Position numbers and translations under genes: made by a program. The notes beneath the pieces were generated by a model that did no database searches, had not been told where the DNA came from, and saw nothing but the letters and a program-made list of their open reading frames with translations. A DNA stretch of 64,000 bases from Eledone cirrhosa (Eukaryota), in NCBI GenBank assembly GCA_964016885.1, contig OZ024745.1, positions 33,108,001 through 33,172,000 on the forward strand. The letters run 5' to 3'. Shown here one piece after another: positions 36,461 through 47,366 of the stretch; positions within the stretch are counted from its first letter, which is position 1; every line of letters starts with the position of its first letter.

Positions 36461-37016
36461 AGTACCCAGTTCACACTGTAAAGTGGTCATGTAGATATCA
36501 CAATAAACATCACCCAGTACACACTGTAAATGTAGTTGTCAGTAGGAAGGGCATTCAACTGTAGAAATAAGTTCTGTAAGAGCAAAACACAGTCCTCCGA
36601 CCTGGCTTGTCTCACAACGGGACATCTCATTTAACCCATGCTAGCGTGATTAAAATGGTTGAAACCAGAAAAGATAACCAACTGTAAAACATTGCCTCAT
36701 AATTGCACTCAATGATGGGTATAACATCTATTGTGAGGCACAAAATACTGGAAAATGGCCTTAGAATTCTTTTTGTTGTTTCTGTTGAATTCTGCTAAAT
36801 TATTTTTTCATGGTTACATTTAAATAAAGTCTTCTTACAGATATAATATAAAAAGTAGATGAAAGAGGATGAAAGTATTGGCATTCAGTTGGGGTTTGAA
36901 CTCACAAATCCTTTTTAGATGCTTAATTTTTTAATTTTTTAATTTTATTTTTACAGGTAAATTAGGAGCAGTGTGTTTATCTTCACTCCCTTCCATTCTG
37001 TCTTTGATTCCTTCAC

Positions 37017-37159
37017 ATGGATTCAGCTGAGTATACTTTTTCCTATGCGTCTCCAAGTTGGGCAGACAGCATCCGAGCATTCCTCAGTCAGTTTTCAAAC
37101 ATCTTCAGTGCATTTTCACCCCATATTGCTCCAACATATCACCATGATCGTTGTGAAAG
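37017..37159 (+). CDS. TMEM181: TMEM181 alternative first coding exon, long N-terminus (exon starts 36957)
   Basis: MDSAEYTFSYASPSWADSIRAFLSQFSNIFSAFSPHIAPTYHHDRCE-AG|gt, phase 2, joins exon 2 as RSVQMRLY. IAPxYHHDRCERSVQMRLY is the invertebrate TMEM181 N-terminal motif as I recall it. Confidence 0.85.
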
Positions 37160-40100
37160 GTAAAAAAAATATTTCATCTTTTTTTTCTTCTATTTTTCTT
37201 TTAGCAACACTGGTGTGTATCCATAGCAAAACATATTTAGTCCACCCTATTCAGGGGTAGTGCTGTTGCTACAAAATAAAAAAAGCACCCAGTTTCACTC
37301 TATAAATTGATCAAACTTGTGCTATGATAAAAAGCACCAAATCCATTCTGTAAAGTGGTTGTGCTGGTGCCATGAAAAAAGTTTCCATTATATGCTCTAA
37401 TATAGTTGGCATTAGGAAGGGAATTCAACTTTAGAAAATCAAGTCAAAATCAGATTGTATGAATAAGACATAGTCACAACCTGTCTAATCCATGCAAACA
37501 TGGAAAATAGACATTAAACTAACGATGATGATGATGATGATGATGTCATACACGGTGACTAAAAAGGGGTGGGGGCTAGGACTGGCATCTGACTATAAAA
37601 TGTTGCCTTAAAAATGGACCATATGATGAATATAAAACCTGTCATGGAGCTTTCAAGGCTAAGCTTTGCTTTAGGAAGGAATAATGACTAAAAACTAATA
37701 AGGAAAAATATTTGGTAATCATCAAGGTTTGCATTCCATATTAAATATTGGAGTGCTGCTCTCATATCTAGACTGTACTCCTCTCATCTACTGAGTACAT
37801 CTTATCATAGCACCATCATTAGCAAGGTTGTCATATCTTTTACACAGCTGAAGTGTCCTCCTAATCCTTTGTTTGGCAAATTTTCTATGGTTGGATGTAT
37901 TTCCTACCACCACCCACTTTACAGAGTGTACTTCCTGTGTATATTGTGTAAACCACCAACACTAGGAAGGATGTTCAGTTTTAACATATATAGGAAAAAT
38001 ATATATGAAAAATGTGGGTCAGGAAAGAATTCCAGAGGGTAGGAAAAATTGGGACAAAAGGTTAGTGTTGACCTTGTGTGTGGGTGGTGACAAGAAGAGG
38101 AAAGGTTGGTAGATTTCTAAATCATCAAAAGACTAGTTTTAAAATTATAGCATCTGTGAAAGATCATTTCAGTTAGTTTTGCTTGTAGATTTCTGTAGAT
38201 ATTATAAGAATTACAACCAAGAGTCTCTGTTAACAGAAATCAAACTTCTCAAATAACCTAATCACATTTGTTGTTAGAATGTTACTTTAAAATTCTTTGT
38301 GGATATCTGTTGTCAAAATAGCTTGCTTTTTTTCAAACTTTAAGCTGTTTTGTTACTGCTGATCCTAATTAAGTTATTATTTCATATTTTATCTCTATTT
38401 TTTTTGTTCTATTTTTTTTTTCATTGACACACATTTCATGCTTTGTTTGAAATTATATTACTAATCTAACAATGAATATAAAAGAGAAAAGAAAAATCAA
38501 TATTTTATATTTGCTATCTCATATATTCTCTTGTCTTTTTCTCAGCTTTCTATAAGAGCAATGTCTGAATTGAGTTTAAAGCTGCAGCTCCCCCCTCTCC
38601 ACATCTACCTTTACCCTACCAATTATATTAAAGAATAACTTGTGAATAGTCTTATCTTAATTGAATCAGTAAATTGATTTAGTAAGTTGACTTAGAGGTT
38701 ATTTTCATAACATTTTAACTTGACTTGTTAAAAAAAAAGACATGAAGACATTAAGACAAGATAAATAACAAAATTCTCAGCTTTCAGTATCAATCACTGA
38801 TTTATTTTGCTGCAAAGGATCGTGTTTCATTAAACTAGGTTACACTGACATGACTGTGACTTATAATTGTTCAACAATAACACAAATATTAAATTTTACT
38901 CACCTAGGACTTCATTAACCATTTGGATACCAAACTAATTGAAATCATCTCTGGTTCTATGACCCGAAACTGTTTATTTTAAATAGTTTATATATATCTA
39001 AAAACCTTCCATCATAATTTTATTTAAGAACGTTTTTCAAATTAGGTTCTAAACATCAGTTTAGTAATGAGAAACTTAGTTATATTACTAAATCAGGGAC
39101 AGTGGAACTGAGGAGAGCCCATTGCCTCCTCCTCCCCACCATAATTATATTTTTCTTCCCAAACTACTGAATCACATATGAATTTGTATATACACTACAA
39201 TTTATGTACATGTTATGTTTATCACTTATCACATTTTTTTAATATCTTGCTTGATATTTGATAATAACAGCTAAACTAATCACTACAACTAAATTGACCA
39301 AATTTACTCCCCCCACCCCCACTAATTTAGAAATGCTGTTTTTAAAATGATTTGAAAATCAAAGGTAGTGTCTTTCATTAGAAATATAATGAAAAGTAAA
39401 AAAAATTGAATCATTACACATTTGGTAATGCTGCTTTGAACAGAAATACTGTCGAGTAATGAGGATTCTTTGGTCATGTGGGACACAAGAACATCTCACT
39501 AGTGATAGTGCTATGATAAAATACACACAGTACATTCTGTAAAGTGGCTGGTGAATGAGTGGAGACAGTACAGAGTTGTGAGGACCCTTTAGTCTGGCTG
39601 AAGATATGACACCCTCTCTAGTGTTGGTCTCTCGATAACATATCTAATATAGTAAAGTGGTTAGTGTTAGTTTGGGCATCCAGCCATGGAATTTATGATC
39701 AAGAAGTGGTCTTCTAACATGTTTCATAAAAACTACCTGGGCTGACGACTTTCCCAACCCATTCCAGCATAGAAAACAGACATAAAATGATGATTTGATG
39801 ATGATGGGGTTTGTGACGATTGCATCTCGTGTGTAAAAATAATTTTTAATTGCATTATTGTTAATGTGTGAAATCTCGCAATTACTCTCAGTACATTCTT
39901 AGTTTATTAACCTAGCTATATTAAATATGCCTTTTGTTGGTGTATAACCCAGCCCAATCCTGACCGAAGAGACCCATGCTCCAAGACATTCCAATTTAGA
40001 CCAGCCTGTCTTTTTTTCAGATAGTATATCTCGGATCACATTATCCAGTGTATCGTTCCTTCTTAGGTAGGGTGTGATTGAAAAGAAATTTCTCTGCTAT

Positions 40101-40328
40101 TTCTAGCAAGAAATATTCGTATGGTCTAGACTGGAGCATCTTTTATTGTAGGTCTGGATTAGGGCTGATCTGGGTTTAAACAACAGCAGCCATAAAGTGT
40201 TGCGAACATGCTTCGACTTCTTTTTGTTTTTGAGAAAATGCAAGTGTCAATAATAGCAGTGGATCTCCCACAAATCAGGACAGATACATGGGATTATATA
40301 GTCTTATATACACTCTATACCAGGGATG

Positions 40329-40668
40329 CAGGGGCGAAGGGTCCGTGCATGCGTTATCGAATCTTGAGTTGATCAATTGCGTCGGTTGAAGCAAGCAGAA
40401 TTTTGGCTGCTTACTAAAATGTATAGACACAAAAAAAAATAACACACACAAACACACGACAGCTTTGGGGCAAGCAGAATTTTGACTGCTTACTAAATCG
40501 TAGACACATAAAAAGATAACACACACACACTAGATAACACTACATGCGGCTTTGACTGGGAGGGTCATTTAGAGGGAATTGAGGGGGGAGGGTAAGGCTG
40601 CACAGCCCCACTTTCCACCATGGCGATTGGATTGCATGCCCTGCTTTCCAGGTTACCCTTCGCCACTG
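40329..40668. mobile_element. hAT-like MITE
   Basis: TIRs CAGGGGCGAAGGGT / ACCCTTCGCCACTG, 8-bp TSD CAGGGATG/CAGCGATG, internal ~55-bp duplication. Confidence 0.72.
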
Positions 40669-41019
40669 CAGCGATGGCATGGTCATAACTGGAACGTATT
40701 TGGTCTTGTGTCTGCCGAATCAAGGTGGAGCTGACCTATGCCGAACAACAACAGTAACAACATTCCAAAATATCAGTTACATTTTGCATGGGAGACACAT
40801 TAACAGTAACACCGGTGTACAGAAGACGAAGATTGTCAAAAAGATACTCAAAACTTTTTTCTTAAAACTTTTTACGAAATGGGGCAGATGTAAATGCCAC
40901 TATTTTATTAGCGAAATCAACATTTGGAATGTAACAGCAGCTGTATAATTTATATCTAACTTCCGGGTGGGGAAAAGTGATTTAGGTTAAAGTTGTGTGT
41001 GGTCTTGGCTGCCGCTACC

Positions 41020-41042
41020 ATGTCACGTCGCGAAATTGAAAT
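41020..41042 (+). CDS. TMEM181: TMEM181 alternative first coding exon, short N-terminus
   Basis: Strong Kozak GCCGCTACCATG, MSRREIE-AT|GTAAGT, phase 2 compatible with exon 2; ETS-like ACTTCCGG ~55 nt upstream. Confidence 0.72.
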
Positions 41043-41849
41043 GTAAGTTAAACCCATATTTATATCTATATGATTTGTAAAACAAGGTAAGTTGTTGAAG
41101 GAAGGATTCCGCTATTTGAAATGTCAGAACTTACCTTCACGACATACCAACTTATTTTGTTTTACGAAGTTTATTAACTGTCTTTCTTTTTGCCCACACA
41201 TTCTGTTACTAGTTTCTATTTTATATATAAGAAAGCATACCCAATCATCGCCACCCCAATGATTCGAGCCTGCATATATGTAGTGAGATATAGATTTATT
41301 TAGATAAATGATACAAAGTATAATGTTGACATCTAACCATATTTTGCAAGCATTAAATCAACCCAAAGTACTTGACTGGTATTTATATATTTTATCTTTC
41401 GGAGTTGTTTGGCGAGTGACCGTGTAATGATACTAAAGAAATTATATCGTGAAAGAGCCATTTTAACCATTCAAAAGTTCGCAAAAATTGTTAACTTTAT
41501 ATTTATCATCTATATTTTGGTGTCAATGACTAAGTCGTAAACTGCGACCAAAATAAATAAACGCAAAGTAAAGTTAACAGCTTTTGAATGGCTAAAACGA
41601 CTCTTTCACGGTTATTTCATCAACCATATAAAATAATTACTAAAATATTATTACCAGAGGTAACAGTTAAAAAGTTATAAAGAATTGAATATCTACAAAC
41701 TTCTTCCCTTCAGGGTATCAAGAGGATAATGAATTACTGAGGGTAACCACCCAGTCCTCTATATAGACGTCTACCACCACTTGATATATCAAAGCTGATC
41801 GAACATTTGCGATTTGTAGTTTAATTTTGATCTCTCACATTTTTGAAAT

Positions 41850-42004
41850 AATGGTTTCTGATTTAGGCACAAGGCCGATCCTCAGTGCATTACTGGTACT
41901 TTATTTTATCGACCCCGTAAGGATGAAAGACAAAGCTAACCTCGGCGGGGTTTGAACTCAGAAAGAGCCGTAACTAAATACCGACGCTCAAACGAATCTG
42001 CCAA
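41850..42004 (-). mobile_element. SINE family A copy
   Basis: TTAGGCACAAGGCC...CGACCCCGTAAGGATGAAAG...TTTGAACTCAG. Confidence 0.8.
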
Positions 42005-42443
42005 GAAATAATCTATATTATTTGTCTTTGCGTTTCTCTCACCGCCCCCTCTTTTTAATTTGTGAAATAAGAAGCAAAATAAACAATTATCAGTTAGATA
42101 AAATTATAACGAACACTTCGTATGATATTTTTAGAGTTAGTGAACGACAGGGAAAAAAGTAACGTCTGTGTGCAGTAAAAAAACTTATTTTAAGAACCTA
42201 AACTGATCATTAAGATATATTAATTTAAGACTATTAATATGATATAATACAAAATTCACTGTTAATGTTATTCCTTGAATTCCAGAAATAATTATAAAAT
42301 ATTCAATTTTCTTAATTTGGATTCGATTTTTTAAAGTCATGTGTAACTTTCTATGAGCAAGAAATGTCATTAGTTAGATGTCATATTGCCCTTTGAGTGT
42401 GTGTGTGTGTATATACACACACACATATGTATGTGTTTGTATA

Positions 42444-42510
<67 letters not shown>

Positions 42511-45109
42511 TATGTATGTGTATACACACATTAATTAAACTGTACGTACAAAGTATGTTTTAAATTGTTTTTCCATGTAATTAACCGGCGAATTAAATTT
42601 TACTTGTAACAATTTTGACTGTGCTTTGCTTTGTTATTTACGGTATGGGGTGTGACAGAAAATATCACAAATCCAATAAGATATATTATGTTAGATTTTT
42701 TAACCGTGACGCTAATACACACAGGTGGGGCAAGACATAATACGTTTGATAAAAAAAAAAAAGAAAAATGGATACGGTCTCTGAAATTAGGTATTATTGA
42801 GCTCGATTTAAGAAAAAAAAAGGAGAAAAAGAAAGCATTTCGTCTGTTTCACTGGATTAATTTTTCGCATTTTTCGCTCATTCACACACACTACCTGAGG
42901 AGGGAATCACGAACCTAACCCTAATCCGTATATACGCAATAAATCCAAAGAATGGGCTGTGATATTTTAATTTTCTTCATTCGAGATCTATTAATGATAC
43001 CCAAAAAATTTGTTAGATAAAAAAGCAAACTAAAAAACAAACAGATAGAGCTCATTAACTGACAGTCTGTCTAAGAGAAGGATAACTGATTTTAAATCCG
43101 AGGTATATGGGGTTCCTTAGCTTGGTGACAACTTTTCAAATGGCCAACAGCTTCAGTTTTGTGATGAAGGTGGATGAGCTACAGCTCAGGAGTCAGCTTC
43201 CAAGGAATGGTTGGACAAGGATTCAGGACCCACCAATGCCATTCTTATTCCCTTAAGAATCATGGACAAACAACATCATATATAATATATATTTAGTCTG
43301 CAGAGTGCTCTCCAGAGATATTTTCCCTTAGCCTATATCACCAGGTGGCTTTAAAGACCAGATCCTTTCTAATTTGCATTGTCTATAATGTCCAAATATT
43401 TTGACCAATAGATTTATCATGTTTATTGTAATTTAGCTTTTAAACACCAAAGGCAGTTACTAATTGCCTGGATAGTCTACTAATTGCCTGGATAATCTCA
43501 ATTCATAAAAGTTTTTCAACTTCCTATCATTCATATTTGTGACCCTACCATAGGTAATATCACTTGGGTGGGGTAGTGGTAAGTAACTCTTAGGAGAGCT
43601 GGACAGCAGAACGTCTTCAGAGAAGAAACCCCCTTCAAGCAAGTGTTTTGGCCTTTAACTTCTAGGTAATATCACTTGGGTGGGGGTACCATGTGTTAAG
43701 GTATATGACATAGATGCTATGTCACAGATAAAGATATATGACATGTGTAAATGAGATATCATTGTTATGTTAATATTATAACACTGTTTGCATTATTCAT
43801 GCTGGTTATGGCTATTTAATGGGGCTATTACTAGTTCAGTGTCAGCATGTAGTTATTCAGTTGTATAAAAGCTTCTGGGCATAAATTGGCAATCAACTCT
43901 GGCAGTAACACACAACAATGGTGTCACTGGTTAATAAAAACAAATTTCCACTTGATGACCTAGATACGACAATGGCATGACTGCAATGTTTCATGTAGAG
44001 GGCTGAAATGGAAAATTGTATTTCATCTAATGCACTAACAATTCTGCACATCAACAAAAGATTTGGTTTTATTAAAAGCATGACATGAGAAATTTCTATA
44101 ATTTCTAAATTCTACGTAAATAAGGTTTCGATTTTTGCCCATTTCTCAGACATAAGATAGTGGGATCAGCTCATATTCAAATATATACTGTAATTTAACA
44201 GTTTGAAATGACGTCTGAATTTCAGATAACTAAAGAAAAAGTAATAAATAGAAAGTGTGTGTGTGTGTGTGTGTGTGGGGGGGGATCTCAATGACATCAC
44301 TATGCCCCCCCTCACCCCCGCCTTAATAGATATAAGGATAAATCTGGTTCTAGATGTTGCTTTTTCACCATCAAAATAGATTGCACCTGGTAGAGCATTC
44401 TTCAAATGTTAAAAAAGTATACATGGTTGATGAAATTTAAGAAGGTGAATATGAAATTTCTGCGAGTATTTATGAAATTGACCTTAACTCTTTTGTTACT
44501 GTAATTGTAATGAAATACACTATGTGATGTGTTTCAATAAATTTTGAAAATATTCAAATATTTGGAGGAATTTAATAAAATAACCTTTTCATTAGCAAGC
44601 TGATATTTAGAACATTTCTTAACAATTTAAAAAAATATAATTATCATAGATGAATTTAATATAAGGATGAACATTTTAAAATGAACAGTTTGGTATTATA
44701 ATCTAAGGTGGTTTCAGGCAGTTTGATATCAAAGAGTTAAGTTGTAAATTGATACTGGCAGTTAGGTAACCATAATACCTCTCAGTATTTCTGAGTGGAT
44801 TTAAATAAACCAAAAGTAAGCTAATCATTGAAATTATGGGAAAATTTGATGTATTAATGGAAACTGAAACAAGCATAGAATTTGTGAGTGTCATTATTGC
44901 TAAATGTTAGAAAATCATGACTTGCTTGGTTTGGTCGTGATGAATGTTGATAGTTCCATATTAATTCATGAGATTGAAGCTCTGTGACAATTTGGGAGAT
45001 TAAAAGATTTTAAGATTAACATACTTCTCAAAGGAAACATCAGGCCATATTATTTTTTATCTTATGTCTCTCTATTAATGAAATGCAGGATAATTATATA
45101 TATTTATAA

Positions 45110-45300
45110 ATCAGGATGGATTCAGTTTGAAACTGGTTAGACCATTACTCACCAGAGTATTCGATACTTGGGGTAGTAGGGTTTGGTTATATTATAAAGT
45201 GTCGGGACCCTGACGGCTGAGCTCTTGTCATTTCAACAGCTAGTTTCAGACTGGAACTAGTTGTTAATGGCAAGAGCTCAGCCGTCGGGGTCCTGACTCT

Positions 45301-45308
<8 letters not shown>
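45110..45308. repeat. Diverged family E hairpin element
   Basis: GGACCCTGACGGCTGAGCTCTTG...CAAGAGCTCAGCCGTCGGGGTCC arms plus the shared tail, next to (TA)n. Confidence 0.7.
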
Positions 45309-45342
<34 letters not shown>

Positions 45343-46086
45343 TACATATATGCAAAGATGACACATTCCTTTAACAGTGTGTGGCACTATAAAAGAATGA
45401 ATTGGAATAAATATCCAACCACTCTTAGACGTAAGTCTACAACACATATCTGAGGAGCTTTTGATTCCAGAAGCAGGATCGATCATTAATCGATCGTTCC
45501 TCAAGCTGATCGACAGTGAAACATGTGATATGTAATTAAATATGTATATGTTGCAACACTGGTTCTTTGTTACCTTATATATTATTATTATTATTATTAT
45601 ATATCAGTCTAACCCATGCTAGCATGGAAGATAGACGTTAAATGATGATGATTATGATGATGATGATATATAATTTTCCATGCTGGCCTAGGTTGGACAT
45701 GTTTTTTGAGACAATGTTTTACAACTAGATGTTCTTCCTTACAACATGTAGCGATATGGTCTACCCATTCTAACAACCAGGATACACACAACAGCGGTAG
45801 ACTACTTGATCAGCCAAAATAGACTACACCTTTTATTACAATACATTGAGTTATTTTTCTCCATTTGTTAAAATCAATACATATAATAATTACATATTCT
45901 GTACAGGTGCATATCACATGCACATTCATGTACTGACATGTCTACATCTTGAGAAAATTACAGAATTCACAATGTTTCATTCCTTCCTGCCTTTATGAAT
46001 GTGTTATTTTGTTTACTTTAACATATTTTTAACATAACTTTAAATTGATTTTTAACTAATATTTCTTCTATATTTCTCCACCACAG

Positions 46087-46190
46087 ATCAGTTCAGATGC
46101 GACTGTACAGTCTCAGTAAAAGACAGTTTGTGTTGGTCTTTGCCACTTTTTTTTTATTCTTTGGAATCAGTGTCCTTATTGGTGTAGCAG
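46087..46190 (+). CDS. TMEM181: TMEM181 exon 2 (first TM helix)
   Basis: SVQMRLYSLSKRQFVLVFATFFLFFGISVLIGVA(G), matching TMEM181 MRLYTLSKRHFVLVF; CAG/GTATGT; 104 nt. Confidence 0.95.
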
Positions 46191-46789
46191 GTATGTATCT
46201 TTCTTTGGAATTTTCATCATCACCAGGAAGGCTCAGTGGTTACTAGGAATAGCAGCCAAGTCTCTATATGTTATTTATTATACATAATTTATACTATATA
46301 AGCATAGGAAAGTGAACATGAAATGATGATGATGATGTATATATATATATTTGTAAGGTGGTTGGAGATAGGAAGGGCATCCAGCTATAGAATCCTTACC
46401 AAAAAGAAGGGTCAAAAGGACTTTCCAGTTGCATTAAGGGCATGACAACCTCTTGTGTTGTGGTGACATAAAACGCACCCAGTACACTCTGTAAAGTGGT
46501 TGGCAATAGGCATCCAGCCAAAGAAAATTTACCAAACAAAGAGTAGAAAGGACTCTTCAGTTGTGTCAAACATATGATGACTGCCCTAGTGCAGCTGCCA
46601 CATTAAAATTTTAAACACCAGAGGGAGTTTTTGCCTACTAAATGCCTGGATAATCTCAAATCATAAAAGTTTTCAAATCACTATCTTTTGTATGTGTAAC
46701 CCTACCATATGTATTATCATTTGGGTGGGGGTACAACATAGATGCTATATCACAGATTAAAATATATGACATGGGTAAATGAGATATCA

Positions 46790-47075
46790 GTGGAGGTGCA
46801 TGGCCTAGTGGTAAGGGTGTTGGACTTATAATCATAATGTCATGGGTTCAATTCCTTGACTGAGTTGTATGTTATGTTCTTGAGCAAAACACTTCATTTC
46901 ATGTTGCTCCAGTATACTCAGCTGAAAATGAGTATTGACAATAGCTGGGGGTTTAACCCTGCGATTAACTCATCATGTCGAGGGGAAGCTTGTACTCTCA
47001 GTCACGTTATGCCATGAAAATTGGGATAAGCATTGACCTGATGAGATTCCATACTCGAGACAGACTTTAAACTTT
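46790..47075 (+). mobile_element. tRNA-derived SINE (family B)
   Basis: A-box TGGCCTAGTGG, B-box GGTTCAATTCC, core TTGAGCAAAACACTTCATTTCA; related copies at 59000-59307 and 60853-60987. Confidence 0.8.
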
Positions 47076-47366
47076 TAAGTGAGGAATCATTGTTCTGCTA
47101 ATATTATAGCCTTGCATGTATTATACATGCTGGTTAAGACTGTTTTATGGGATTATTATCAGTTCAAAATAGAGTATGGAAATATATGTAATAGAAATCA
47201 GTTACTCTGATTAATAATAATAATGAAATTATTGTGTAAAGTGCTCAGGTGCACTACAACTCGTCAAAGGTGCATGTATAGTACATAGAATAATACACAA
47301 ATGTCAGGGAAGTGAATAGTGTATGAGTCATGATATACATGTGTGTATGTGTATGGAGGGGGAACA

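Noticed and set aside
42905-42930. CCTAACCCTAA telomere-like motif
   Set aside because: Fewer than two full units; not distinguishable from chance or a repeat remnant.
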